Source of the DNA: Nitrospirota bacterium
GTDB lineage: Bacteria > Nitrospirota > JACRHJ01
Length of the DNA stretch: 64,000 nt
Reading direction: 5' to 3'
Assembly (NCBI GenBank): GCA_021784575.1
Contig: JAJYHX010000001.1
Coordinates: forward strand, 413,917 to 477,916
Of this stretch, positions 20,274 to 30,255 are shown in pieces (position 1 is the first letter of the stretch; every line of letters begins with the position of its first letter). A program made the translations under genes and the position numbers. The notes below the pieces were generated by a model. The model had not been told where the DNA came from. It searched no databases and saw only the letters and a program-made list of their open reading frames with translations.

Positions 20274-20903
20274 ATGTTTATAAAAAAGCTTGCAATCGCA
20301 GCCCTGTTCATCGGGCTGTTTTTTTCCGTTTCGGCCTTCGCGGCGCAGGTTCAGGCCCCTCCTGTTAACGCAAATAAACCGCTTACCTCTCATAAAGCGC
20401 GGACGACGCATACCGTCCGCTTTAAGAGAAGGCTGTTAAAAGACCGCTGGGATTCCCTTTCCCCGCGCGAGCAGCAGGACCTGCTGGAAAACTACGAGAT
20501 ATGGAGGACGATGTCGCCCGCGAGGCGCAGGCGCCTCAGAAGGGCGTACCGCCTTTTCAACTCGCTCCCGCCCGCCAGGAGGCAGGAGCTCCGGGAAAAA
20601 TACGAAAAGATGAAGGCCCTCCCGCCGGAAGAGCGCGCGAAGGTGATGGGCAAGGTGGAGCGCTGGCGGAAGATGACCCCGCAGGAGAAACAGGACTACA
20701 GGGAAGGAATTGCCCGGTTCGACGCACTGCCGCCGGAGAAACAGGCGAAAATTCGCTCACAGCTTCGGGAGCTAAAGTCCCTCCCGCCGAGAGAGCGCGC
20801 CAGGCGGCGCGAAGAGATAAGGCGGGAACTCGCCCGACAGGGAATAATAATCCCCCGCAGGGAAACAGCCGAAAAGACTCAAAAGCCTGTATCCAAACCA
20901 TAA
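20274..20903 (+). CDS. DUF3106-like periplasmic helical-repeat protein
   Basis: Signal peptide, repeated W/F-xx-L/M-(S/P/T)P-EE units; third gene of ECF operon. Confidence 0.75.
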   Translation: MFIKKLAIAALFIGLFFSVSAFAAQVQAPPVNANKPLTSHKARTTHTVRFKRRLLKDRWDSLSPREQQDLLENYEIWRTMSPARRRRLRRAYRLFNSLPPARRQELREKYEKMKALPPEERAKVMGKVERWRKMTPQEKQDYREGIARFDALPPEKQAKIRSQLRELKSLPPRERARRREEIRRELARQGIIIPRRETAEKTQKPVSKP

Positions 20904-20927
20904 CCGCCCGACCGAGCGGAGTTAACG

Positions 20928-21425
20928 TCAGCGCGCCCGCAGAGGCGTGAGAGGCGTTTTCATAACGAACGGGCCGGATATCTTGCCGGCCATGTAAAGG
21001 CACCGCCTGGTCTCGTCGAGCATCATGCCTATGCCATTCTGCCAGCTCACGGCCCCGCCCGGACGGTTCATGCCGTAGCCCGGCCCTTTGGCGCTGCCTA
21101 TCAGCGCAAGAAGCGCGAGGTTTATCTGGTCGAGGTTCCGGACAAGGAGCCTGAAAAGCCCTCTCTGATCCCTCGGTAGGACCTTAAGACCCAGCCTGCG
21201 CAGGTTGTCTATGGCCGCCCGCCTTGCCGTAATCCTGTCGGCAGCCGCCTTCAGCTTCCGCGCGTCCATTGCCCTGGCGCCGCCCGTGCCGCGCATATCC
21301 ACCTTTACAGTCTCGTAGTCCCTTTGTGTGGCGTCGAGGAGATTGGAAAACCTGCTTTCGGCGCGCGCGGTAGCGGCAAGGGAAGCAAATGCCATTACCG
21401 ATACCAAAAAAGCTTGATACTTCAT
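20928..21425 (-). CDS. Hypothetical exported protein
   Basis: ATG 21425 with AAAGGAGG RBS, signal peptide ending ARA. Confidence 0.65.
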   Translation of the reverse strand: MKYQAFLVSVMAFASLAATARAESRFSNLLDATQRDYETVKVDMRGTGGARAMDARKLKAAADRITARRAAIDNLRRLGLKVLPRDQRGLFRLLVRNLDQINLALLALIGSAKGPGYGMNRPGGAVSWQNGIGMMLDETRRCLYMAGKISGPFVMKTPLTPLRAR

Positions 21426-21811
21426 CGCCGCCTCCTTTCCTGTAACCGGGATTTTCGCCAAGCTCAAAAGCGGCAAAGGCCCGGCATGGATAAAGCTCGC
21501 CGTCCTTAAGCCGTGTCGAAAACCCGTTTTTCGATTTTTGCCGGAGATTTCGTATTGCTTTTTATTTGTAAAACGGAACGCCCGGAGGTTGATTCCGGGG
21601 TCTATAGGGAGTATAATATTTGTGTTTCTTTCAAAGAACGCGTTACTGCGAAGACGTATGCATAAGTATAATGCCTTTTAGCATCCTGGTCAAGTGTTAT
21701 ATTTTGCAGCAATTTCACGGGGATAGACATTAAGTAAAATTAATTATTATTTTCTTGCCGCGCATAACCCGTCAAAGCTATCATCTCTCGGGGGGCAGGA
21801 AAGGGATAAAG

Positions 21812-22546
21812 TTGAAAGACCTCAAGATAGATTTCCATATACACTCGAAGGAAGACCCGCACGACTTCCTCAGAAACGACGCCTGCAAGATAATCGACAT
21901 GATGGCGGCAAGGGGTTTCGACGCAATCGCCATCACGAACCATAACCGGTTCACCTGGTCGGAGCGGCTCCGGGACTACGCCGGGGAGAGAGGCGTCATT
22001 TTGATACGCGGGGTCGAGCGCACGATAAAACGTAGGCACGTCCTGCTTATAAATTTCCCGGGCGAAACCGGCGATTACCGCACCCTGGACGACGTCGAGG
22101 GTGCAAAAAGGGAGGACAACCTTGTAATAGCCGCGCATCCGTACTTCCCGATGCCGACGGCCTCCGGGACGCTTCTCGACAGCCGCCCCGAGGTGTTCGA
22201 CGCCCTGGAATACTGCCATTATTACGTAAAGAACTTAAACTTCAACAACCGGGCGGTCTCGCGCGCCCTGGAGATGGGAAAGCCACTCATAGGCAACTCC
22301 GACGCGCACGTAACCCGACAGATTGGCCGCACCTATTCCATTGTAAAGGCTGAGAAAAACCCTGAAGCGATAATCCGGGCCATCAAGGAAGGCCGGGTGA
22401 AGGTAATAAGCCGCCCGTACCGCGCCGCCCAGCTTTTGCGCATATCCTCGGTAATTTCCATAAGGAACTTCCACGGCAGGATGAAATGCCTGATAAAAAA
22501 CGGCAAATACGGCTACCGGGGCGATGTGGACACGCTGCCGGACTAA
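21812..22546 (+). CDS. PHP-domain metallophosphoesterase
   Basis: DFHIHS, AITNHN, GVE, AAHP, GNSDAH; TTG start inferred. Confidence 0.85.
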   Translation: MKDLKIDFHIHSKEDPHDFLRNDACKIIDMMAARGFDAIAITNHNRFTWSERLRDYAGERGVILIRGVERTIKRRHVLLINFPGETGDYRTLDDVEGAKREDNLVIAAHPYFPMPTASGTLLDSRPEVFDALEYCHYYVKNLNFNNRAVSRALEMGKPLIGNSDAHVTRQIGRTYSIVKAEKNPEAIIRAIKEGRVKVISRPYRAAQLLRISSVISIRNFHGRMKCLIKNGKYGYRGDVDTLPD

Positions 22547-22572
22547 GCGGAACCGCTTGTTTTTCTGCTATG

Positions 22573-23109
22573 TCAGCCCGTCAGCCTGGGGAAGCCCAGG
22601 CCCTTCCGGCTTGGCGCCGGCATACTTAAGACCCGCATTTCCTTAAACCTGCTCCCGTCCCAGTAGAAGAACAGGTTCGGCCCGTTCTGGATAAAAAGAT
22701 TGATTCCCGGCGCCCTCAGAACAAGGTTTGCCTTCCGGTTATTTTTGTCCAGCACCTCGTAGTTCCCCGGTGGCGCGGGCTGTATGCTCCAGAACTGCGG
22801 GCCTGTGTCCCCTTCGGCAACCTCTTGTATTTCCGGCTGATTTCCGGTATTCAAGAACACGAAAAGCCCCCACCACTGCGGCCTGTCCGTCCGGATGAGT
22901 ATCCAGGCGTCGTCCTGGGCGCCGACGCCTGTAAAGTCGGCCCGGAAGTGGAACGGCACCGGGATTTCCTTCCTGTAGGTCTGCCAGAAGCCCGAGTAAT
23001 CGCTATCGACAGGGTATCGCCAGCCTTCCGGCGGCGCCGTTTGGGCGAATACGGCGGAAGCCGATGAAAACACAAGGAAAACGAGGAGATGTCTTAGAAA
23101 ACGCGGCAT
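22573..23109 (-). CDS. Hypothetical exported protein
   Basis: Signal peptide ending VFA; TTGACA-N17-GATAAT promoter just upstream. Confidence 0.7.
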   Translation of the reverse strand: MPRFLRHLLVFLVFSSASAVFAQTAPPEGWRYPVDSDYSGFWQTYRKEIPVPFHFRADFTGVGAQDDAWILIRTDRPQWWGLFVFLNTGNQPEIQEVAEGDTGPQFWSIQPAPPGNYEVLDKNNRKANLVLRAPGINLFIQNGPNLFFYWDGSRFKEMRVLSMPAPSRKGLGFPRLTG

Positions 23110-23468
23110 AATGCACAATTATCGCCCTCACTAATGGCAGTGTCAAATAAAGGTTTTTTTATTAATTTGCCAGTCGGACCGCGCCCTGTTTTACCCCCGG
23201 AATCACACCCTGCCCGACGCCCGGTTTTTGTCCCAAAATCACGCCGTTCCCAGCACCCCCTTTTTGGCCAGAAATTGCCCCAAAACGGCCCGTTTTCGAG
23301 CCGCTTTCGATGCCGCCCGAAAAACTCTATTTTAACTTATTTTTTCTTTAATAATCAGTTTGTTGTGTAGTTAATCCGGAATAACCACTAACAATGAATT
23401 TCGCCTACCGATGAGGATTGCTCAATGGCGTTCAGGTCGAAGTATTAGTAAATAGCATCGCCATTCAT

Positions 23469-23645
23469 CCCCCTCTTAAGATAAGAGGGGGAACGAGGGG
23501 GCGTTATGACAACTGTGGATGGCGGCGAACCCTCTCCCGGCCTTAGGCCACCCTCTCCCATGAAAGGGAGAGGGGTAAACTCTTACCCTCCCCCGCCGCT
23601 GGAGGAGGGGGAACCGGCCCCCGCCGGTGGGAGAGGGCTGAGGGG
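23469..23645. repeat. Cluster of palindromic repeats (CCCCTCTTAAGATAAGAGGGG and CCCTCTCCC families)
   Basis: Similar to 6299-6397, 23859-23897, 25300-25336, 63771-63812. Confidence 0.7.
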
Positions 23646-23746
23646 CGGGCGCAAGTGAACTTGCGCCCCTACGACAGGCAGCCGCGGAGGCTTGGCCAAG
23701 ATTCCGGTTGAGGTGTTCGGGAATAACGGGCGGCGGCATTATCTCC

Positions 23747-23775
23747 TTGACATTTCTTTAATTCTCCAATAAAAT
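23747..23775 (+). promoter_or_regulatory. Sigma70 promoter for ffh
   Basis: TTGACA-N17-TAAAAT. Confidence 0.7.
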
Positions 23776-23923
23776 CCATCCTTCCCGTAATATGGGAAGG
23801 CGCGGAGGTGCGCCCTTTTTGCTGCGGCGCCAAAAAGGCCGGGGCGTGATATAATTTTCATAACTCCCCTAATCCCCTCTGAATCTTAAGAGGAGAGCCG
23901 GGGGGGGTAGTTCAGGCGGCTGG

Positions 23924-25252
23924 ATGTTCGAGAGCTTATCCGAAAAACTGGAGAAGGTATTCAAGCGGCTTAAGGGGCGGGGTGTCCTGACAGAGGCGGA
24001 CGTCTCCGACGCGCTCCGCGAGGTGCGGATGGCGCTCCTTGAAGCCGACGTAAACTTCAAGGTCGTAAAGGATTTCGTCGAGGCAGTCCGCGTAAAGGCC
24101 GTCGGAAGCGGCGTCCTTGAGAGCCTCACCCCCGGCCAGCAGGTCGTGAAGATCGTCCATGACGAGCTGGTGAGGATGATGGGCGAGTCCGCGGCCCGCA
24201 TACAGCTTGTCCCGAACAGGCCGACGGTCGTGATGATGGTCGGCCTTCAAGGCTCCGGAAAGACGACCACCTCCGGCAAGCTCGCGCGGATGTTCAGGAA
24301 GGGCGGCAGAAAGACCCTGCTTGTCGCGGCGGATACGCAAAGGCCCGCGGCAATCGACCAGCTCATCACGCTCGGAAAGCAGCTCGGCGTCGAGGTGGAG
24401 GAATCCCGTCCGGGCGAAGACCCGGTCGCCGTCTGCGAGCGCGGCCTTGACAGGGCGAGGCGCGGGGCATTCGGCGTGGTTATAATGGATACCGCCGGAC
24501 GCCTGCACGTGGACGACGCCCTGATGGACCAGCTCCAGGCGGTCAGGGCGAAGGTCAGCCCCGACGAGATACTGTTCGTCGCCGACGCCATGACCGGCCA
24601 GGACGCCGTAAAGGCGGCCGCGGCCTTCGACGGCATGCTCGGCCTGACCGGCGTCATCCTTACGAAGATGGACGGCGACGCAAGGGGCGGCGCGGCGCTC
24701 TCGATACGGGCCGTTACCGGGCGTCCGATAAAGTTCGCGGGCATGGGCGAGAAGCTCGACGCCCTGGAGCCTTTTTACCCGGACAGGGTGGCCTCCCGGA
24801 TACTCGGCATGGGAGACGTCCTCTCGCTCATCGAGAAGGCGGAAGAGAGCGTATCCCTCGAGGAGGCGAAAGACCTCGAAGCAAAGGTCCGGCAGGGAGA
24901 TTTCTCGCTCGAGGACTTCCGCGTCCAGCTCATGCAGGTAAAGAAACTGGGGCCGCTCGACCAGCTGCTTGGGATGATACCGGGCATGGGCAAGCTCAAG
25001 GGCGCGATGGCGAACGTGGACGACCGGGAGGTTGACCGCATCGTCGCCATAATAAACTCCATGACGTCGAAGGAGCGCAGGAACGTAAACATAATAAACG
25101 GCAGCAGGCGTAAGCGCATCGCGAGGGGCAGCGGCACTCAGGTGCAGGAAGTGAACCGCCTGCTGAAGCAGTTCGCCGAGACCCGAAAGATTATGAAAAT
25201 GCTCTCCAGGCCGGGAGGGAAACTCAGGCTCGGCAGGGGGCTGTTCGGATAA
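23924..25252 (+). CDS. ffh: Signal recognition particle protein
   Basis: ALLEADV, GLQGSGKTT, DTAGR, TKMDGDARGG, M domain. Confidence 0.97.
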   Translation: MFESLSEKLEKVFKRLKGRGVLTEADVSDALREVRMALLEADVNFKVVKDFVEAVRVKAVGSGVLESLTPGQQVVKIVHDELVRMMGESAARIQLVPNRPTVVMMVGLQGSGKTTTSGKLARMFRKGGRKTLLVAADTQRPAAIDQLITLGKQLGVEVEESRPGEDPVAVCERGLDRARRGAFGVVIMDTAGRLHVDDALMDQLQAVRAKVSPDEILFVADAMTGQDAVKAAAAFDGMLGLTGVILTKMDGDARGGAALSIRAVTGRPIKFAGMGEKLDALEPFYPDRVASRILGMGDVLSLIEKAEESVSLEEAKDLEAKVRQGDFSLEDFRVQLMQVKKLGPLDQLLGMIPGMGKLKGAMANVDDREVDRIVAIINSMTSKERRNVNIINGSRRKRIARGSGTQVQEVNRLLKQFAETRKIMKMLSRPGGKLRLGRGLFG

Positions 25253-25262
25253 GATTTTGTTC

Positions 25263-25336
25263 GTCATTCCCGCGAAAGCGGGAACCCGGTGTATTTTAAT
25301 AACGCCACCTTAATCCCCCTCTTGTCTTAAGAGGGG
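25263..25336. repeat. Half GTCATTCCCGC repeat plus CCCCTCTT...AAGAGGGG repeat
   Basis: Matches both repeat families. Confidence 0.7.
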
Positions 25337-25375
25337 CGAAAGAGGAGCAAAGATAATTTAGAAGGAGGTGATTGA

Positions 25376-25645
25376 ATGGCGGTAAAGATAAGGCTTACGC
25401 GCAAGGGAACTCACAAACAGCCGTATTACAGGGTTGTGGCGACGGACTCCCGCTCGCCAAGAGACGGGCGCTTTCTGGACATACTCGGCACCTACGACCC
25501 CCTTGCGAAACCGGCTCTCATAGAGCTCGACCGTGAGAAAGTGGTGTCCTGGCTTAAAAAAGGCGCGACTCCCTCGGAGACGGTCAGGTCTCTTATAAAG
25601 ACGTCCGGAGTCCTCAAGGCCGGGGACGCGCCACAGGTTTCCTAA
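25376..25645 (+). CDS. rpsP: 30S ribosomal protein S16
   Basis: MAVKIRL, PYYRVV, DSRSPRDGR, GTYDP. Confidence 0.97.
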   Translation: MAVKIRLTRKGTHKQPYYRVVATDSRSPRDGRFLDILGTYDPLAKPALIELDREKVVSWLKKGATPSETVRSLIKTSGVLKAGDAPQVS

Positions 25646-25799
25646 GGCTTGAATCCGTGTTCGCGGCAAATCGAAAACACGTGTTCGTGATTCGCCACTC
25701 GTGTTCGTGGCGGAACTTGAGAATTTAGATTTTCACGGACACGCATAACGTCCTTTATGTTCTGACCGGCACGGCCACTACTACCAGCGGAGGTGGGCA

Positions 25800-26030
25800 A
25801 TGAAAGACCTGATCGAACACATCGCCAAGGCTCTGGTCGATAATCCTGAACAGGTGAGCGTCGCCGAAGTCGAGGGAGAGAAAACCACCGTCATCGAACT
25901 GAGGGTCGCCCAATCCGACCTGGGGAAGGTTATAGGCAAGGAGGGCAAGACCGCCCGCGCCATGCGCACAATCCTGAACGCAGCCGGGACAAAGATCGGG
26001 AAAAGGTGCGTCCTGGAGATACTCGAATAA
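25800..26030 (+). CDS. khpA: KH-domain RNA-binding protein
   Basis: [25 protein letters not shown]; conserved position after rpsP. Confidence 0.92.
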   Translation: MKDLIEHIAKALVDNPEQVSVAEVEGEKTTVIELRVAQSDLGKVIGKEGKTARAMRTILNAAGTKIGKRCVLEILE

Positions 26031-26671
26031 AAAAGCGCGTCCTTGTCGGCATAGTTCTGAAGACCATCGGGCTTAAAGGCGAGCTTAAAATAAGGTCCCT
26101 CACCGACAACCCGGACCGTTACCGGCCCGGGGCAGTGATGTGGGCGGCCGGGGCCGGCGGGACGGGGAATACGGGAGGCGCCGGGGCGCGAGCCGCCGGT
26201 CAACCGGACACCGGGCGCGCCGAAGCTGTTTTGGAAGGCCCGGGGCGCGCCGAGGTTGTTCCGTCGGCGGACGTGCCGCTTACCGTAAAATCCGTGCGGG
26301 AAAGCGGGCGCGACCTTGCCGTGTTCTTTGAAGAGGCAGGCTCGATCGAAGACGCCGAGGCCCTGCGGGGCAAAGAGCTTTTCGTCCCGGAGTCGGAAGT
26401 CCCGCCCCTGCCGGAAGGCGAGTATTACCACTTCCAGATGCTGGGCCTCCGGGTCTACACCAGCCGCGGGAGGCTCCTGGGCATGTTGAGCGATATAATC
26501 TCCGCGGGCGCGAGAGACGTATACGTCGTGAAGCCTGTCGAGCCGGCAGACCGGCTGCGCGGGACGGGACGGGAATATTTGATACCCGCCACAGACGACG
26601 CGATTGAGATGATAGACATGGCGGGCGGCAGGATAACCCTGCGCCCGATGAAGGGCTATATCCCGGAGTGA
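26006..26671 (+). CDS. rimM: Ribosome maturation factor RimM (with internal insertion)
   Basis: GLKGELK, AEALRG, LPEGEYY, LG-V, DVYVV, LIPA; start uncertain. Confidence 0.88.
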   Translation: MRPGDTRIKKRVLVGIVLKTIGLKGELKIRSLTDNPDRYRPGAVMWAAGAGGTGNTGGAGARAAGQPDTGRAEAVLEGPGRAEVVPSADVPLTVKSVRESGRDLAVFFEEAGSIEDAEALRGKELFVPESEVPPLPEGEYYHFQMLGLRVYTSRGRLLGMLSDIISAGARDVYVVKPVEPADRLRGTGREYLIPATDDAIEMIDMAGGRITLRPMKGYIPE

Positions 26672-26685
26672 GGCCGGTCAACCGG

Positions 26686-27420
26686 ATGAACTGCGAGGTC
26701 CTTACCCTTTTCCCGGGTATTGTCGAGGCCGCGGTCGGCGACAGCATCCTGAAGCGCGCGCGGGAGAAGGGTCTTCTCAACATAAAAATAACCGACATCC
26801 GGAGCTTCACCAAAGGGAAACACAAGACGGCTGACGACGTCCCCTTCGGCGGCGGGCCGGGTATGGTTATGAAGCCGGAGCCGGTCTTCGAGGCCGTCGA
26901 GGCCGCAGCCGGGGGTGACGGGAATAAGGCTGCGCGTGTTATCCTCATGTCGCCCCAGGGGCCGGCATTCAGCCACGCAAAGGCCGTGGAGCTCTCCCGC
27001 GAGACCAGGAAGCTCATATTCATCTGCGGGCGCTACGAAGGCATCGACGAGCGTGTGCGGACCCTGGCGGACGAAGAGCTTTCCCTGGGCGATTTTGTCC
27101 TTTCCGGCGGAGAGCTCGCGGCGGCGGCGGTCATAGAGGCCTCGACAAGGCTCATCCCCGGCGTGCTTGGAGACGATGAATCCGCCGGACAGGATTCGTT
27201 CTGCGAAGGTCTCCTGGACTACCCGCACTATACCCGTCCGGCGGAGTATCGGGGGATGAAGGTTCCGGAAGCGCTTCTCTCCGGGAACCATGCCGAGATA
27301 CGGCGTTGGAGGCGAAAAGAGGCGCTTAGGGCGACCATGCAAAAACGGCCCGACCTGCTTGAGGGCGCGGCCCTGACGGATGAGGACAGAAGGCTGATAG
27401 AGGAACTGGAAAACGAGTAA
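26686..27420 (+). CDS. trmD: tRNA (guanine37-N1)-methyltransferase
   Basis: TLFP, DDVPFGGGPGMVM, CGRYEGIDER, GDFVLSGGE, YPHYTRP. Confidence 0.97.
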   Translation: MNCEVLTLFPGIVEAAVGDSILKRAREKGLLNIKITDIRSFTKGKHKTADDVPFGGGPGMVMKPEPVFEAVEAAAGGDGNKAARVILMSPQGPAFSHAKAVELSRETRKLIFICGRYEGIDERVRTLADEELSLGDFVLSGGELAAAAVIEASTRLIPGVLGDDESAGQDSFCEGLLDYPHYTRPAEYRGMKVPEALLSGNHAEIRRWRRKEALRATMQKRPDLLEGAALTDEDRRLIEELENE

Positions 27421-28075
27421 TTTATACATTGCCCTTATTCACTACCCCGTAAAGAACAAAAACGGGGACGTGGTCTCCACCGCGATTACGAACCTCGACC
27501 TGCACGACATGGCGCGGACGGCGAAGACATACGGCGTGAAGGGCTATTACATAATTAACCCGATGGCCGCCCAGAGGGAGCTTGCCGAAAGGATAATAAG
27601 GCACTGGACGGAAGGTTTCGGAGCGGGTTACAACCCGAACCGCGGCGAGGCGCTCCGCATCATAAAAATCGTGCCGGAGTTCCATGACGCGCTTTCCGGG
27701 ATAGAGCGGGAAACCGGGGCAAGGCCGAAGGTCGTGGCCACGGCGGCGCGCGAACCCGGCGAAAGCGGACGCGCATGTGACGACCAAGTTATACGGGAGC
27801 GGGCCGAGCAGGGTTCGCATGGCGGCAGGGTTATAGGTTTTGCGCGGGCGCGGGAGATAATAAACGCCGGGCCGGCTGTAATTGCCTTCGGGACGGGCTG
27901 GGGACTGACGGATGAGTTCATGGAATCATGCGACTTCCGGCTCGTGCCCATCCGGTGCGCGGGCGGATATGAGGGCCGCTCTGCCGACCCGGCCGGCGGC
28001 GATAACGGATACAACCACCTGCCGGTTCGTTCCGCCGCCGCGATTATCCTTGACAGGCTGGCGGGAGAACGGTAA
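27413..28075 (+). CDS. DUF2168-type SPOUT RNA methyltransferase; apparent ACG start
   Basis: LYIALIHYPV, TNLDLHDMAR, FGTGWGL, YNHLPVRSAAAIILDRL; conserved N-terminus begins at ACG 27413. Confidence 0.82.
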   Translation, partial: TSNLYIALIHYPVKNKNGDVVSTAITNLDLHDMARTAKTYGVKGYYIINPMAAQRELAERIIRHWTEGFGAGYNPNRGEALRIIKIVPEFHDALSGIERETGARPKVVATAAREPGESGRACDDQVIRERAEQGSHGGRVIGFARAREIINAGPAVIAFGTGWGLTDEFMESCDFRLVPIRCAGGYEGRSADPAGGDNGYNHLPVRSAAAIILDRLAGER

Positions 28076-28125
28076 TAATAGACGGCCCGAAAATACGCTA
28101 TTCGTGTTTACGAAAAATAGCGGCT

Positions 28126-28206
28126 GTTATTCCCGCGAAAGCGGGAACCCGGCGTCTTTTGTCATTCGATGGGAAGTCTCCGGGCCCCCGTTTCCACGGG
28201 GGTGAC
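28126..28206 (+). repeat. GTCATTCCCGC-family REP/MITE-like repeat
   Basis: TTCCCGCGAAAGCGGGAA and CCCCCGTTTCCACGGGGGTGAC hairpins. Confidence 0.75.
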
Positions 28207-28278
28207 GAGCCTTTAAATTCCTTACACGAACACGGACAACGAACCACGGACACGGATTTATAAGGAGGTTTTAGAAAA

Positions 28279-28767
28279 ATGAATATTCTCGATTCCATAG
28301 AAAAAGAGCAGATGAGGAGCATCCCCGAGTTCGCCATCGGGGACACGCTCAAGGTATCCCTGAAGGTAAAGGAAGGCGACAAGGAACGCATACAGATGTT
28401 CGAGGGTGTCTGCATCGCCAGAAACGGCGGCGGCATCCGCGAGACCTTCACCGTGCGCAAGGTCAGCTACGGCGAGGGCGTCGAAAGAATCCTGCCGCTT
28501 CACTCCCCGCTCATCGCCGACATAAAGGTCGCCAAGCGCGGCAAGGTGGCGAGGGCGAAGCTCTTCTACCTGCGCGACCTCTCCGGCAAGGCCACGAGGA
28601 TAAAGGAGAAGGAATTCAAGCCCGAAGGCGCGGGAAAAGCGGAGGCGTCAGCCAAGAAGGCGAAGGCCGAAAAGCCCGAAAAACCGGCAAAGGCCGAGAA
28701 ACCCGCAAAGGCGGAGAAGCCGGCAAAGGCGCCAAAGGCCCCTAAGGCTGCAAAGGCAAGGAAATAG
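28279..28767 (+). CDS. rplS: 50S ribosomal protein L19 with Ala/Lys/Glu/Pro tail
   Basis: [30 protein letters not shown]. Confidence 0.97.
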   Translation: MNILDSIEKEQMRSIPEFAIGDTLKVSLKVKEGDKERIQMFEGVCIARNGGGIRETFTVRKVSYGEGVERILPLHSPLIADIKVAKRGKVARAKLFYLRDLSGKATRIKEKEFKPEGAGKAEASAKKAKAEKPEKPAKAEKPAKAEKPAKAPKAPKAAKARK

Positions 28768-28951
28768 CCGGAACCGCGTGGCGAGCGCACATATGACGAC
28801 CGGGACGGTAAATGTCAGTGAAGCGAATGGTCATGCGGGAAACTGTCCGAGGCGGGAGCCGGGTTTTCCCCGCATAATTGGCGGGCCTTGCATTTACCGG
28901 AGGGATTCATCCGGGAGCGAGGCGTGCGGGTCCGACAGCGGCAGGTAGAGT

Positions 28952-29605
28952 ATGCCGTCGAGTAAAAAACAGTCCGGTTTCGATTTCGGGGATGGCCTGG
29001 CGCCGTCCCTTTATTTTTTCGAGGCGGACCTTGCGGGCCGGGGGTATGCCAGGATTGCCGGCGTGGACGAGGCGGGCCGCGGGCCGCTTGCCGGGCCGGT
29101 GGTTGCGGGCTGCGTAATACTTCGGCCCGGCCAGACAATACCGGGCGTCAACGACTCTAAAAAACTCACCGAGCGCGAGCGCGACAGGCTCTGCAGGATT
29201 ATATGCGCCGAGGCGCTCGATTTCGGAGTAGGCATCGTCGAGGCCGGCGAGATAGACGAAATCAATATCTACCAAGCCGCCAGGAAGGCGATGCTGCTTG
29301 CCGCGCAGGACCTCAATGCGCCCCCCGACTTCATACTCCTCGACGCGATGAGCATAGACCTCGACATACCCCAGCGCTCCTTGATAAAGGGCGACTTAAG
29401 GAGCGCGTCCATCGCCGCCGCGTCGATTGTCGCAAAGACGACACGCGACCGCATCATGGTGCGCTACGACATGGAATACCCCCAGTACGGCTTCGCAAGG
29501 CACAAGGGCTACGGCGCCATGACGCACAAAGACGCCCTGAAAAGGCACGGTCCGTGCCCCATCCACAGGCGGTCTTTCCGGGGCGTCATAAACCCGGACG
29601 GATGA
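28952..29605 (+). CDS. rnhB: Ribonuclease HII
   Basis: GVDEAGRGPLAGPV, DSKKL, KGD, IAAASIVAK, HKGY, HRRSF. Confidence 0.96.
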   Translation: MPSSKKQSGFDFGDGLAPSLYFFEADLAGRGYARIAGVDEAGRGPLAGPVVAGCVILRPGQTIPGVNDSKKLTERERDRLCRIICAEALDFGVGIVEAGEIDEINIYQAARKAMLLAAQDLNAPPDFILLDAMSIDLDIPQRSLIKGDLRSASIAAASIVAKTTRDRIMVRYDMEYPQYGFARHKGYGAMTHKDALKRHGPCPIHRRSFRGVINPDG

Positions 29606-29671
29606 AAATAACCTATCGGCGCTTGCCTTATTTTTTCTTAATTGTTACAATTGGATTACAATTGAGTTTCT

Positions 29672-30211
29672 ATGTATCGGGGGGCGGGTCAATTGGAATA
29701 TTTCGACGTTATAAACGAAAAGGGCGAGATAATCGGGAAGGCGCTCAGAAGCGAGTGCCACGGGAACCCGGCGCTTTTGCACCGGGCGGCGCACGTGCTG
29801 GTGTTCAACAAGAAGGGGAAGCTTCTCTTGCAGCTGCGTTCAAAGGACAAGGACATCCAGCCCGGCAAATGGGATACGTCCGTCGGCGGGCACCTCGGTG
29901 TCGGCGAGAGCTACGAGCAGGCGGCCCTCAGGGAGATGAAGGAAGAGCTTGGAGTGGATCCGCCGGAGCTGGAACATCTCTACGACTACCCTATGCGGAA
30001 CGAGATTGAATCGGAGAACATACGAAGCTTCCTGACCCGGTGCGAAGGGCCGTTCACGCCGCAGGCGGAGGAGATAGAGAAGATCAAGTTCTGGAGCCTC
30101 GAAGAGATTGCGTCGTCCATGGGCAAGGGCGTCTTCACGCCGAATTTCGAGACGGAGTTTCGGATGCTTGCGCTCTTCTTCAAGAAGTCGGAAGACACGC
30201 CGCTTCACTAA
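29672..30211 (+). CDS. NUDIX hydrolase (IPP-isomerase-like/YfcD-like)
   Basis: LHRAAHVLVFN, PGKWD, GESYEQAALREMKEELG Nudix box. Confidence 0.88.
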   Translation: MYRGAGQLEYFDVINEKGEIIGKALRSECHGNPALLHRAAHVLVFNKKGKLLLQLRSKDKDIQPGKWDTSVGGHLGVGESYEQAALREMKEELGVDPPELEHLYDYPMRNEIESENIRSFLTRCEGPFTPQAEEIEKIKFWSLEEIASSMGKGVFTPNFETEFRMLALFFKKSEDTPLH

Positions 30212-30255
30212 TTTCCCTCTCCATCGGCGGGAGAGGACGGGCACAGGGTGAACCA

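Noticed and set aside
23400-23920. Possible SRP RNA or other ncRNA upstream of ffh; ORF 23476-23739
   Set aside because: No SRP domain IV motif recognised; the hairpins and ORF are explained by repeat families
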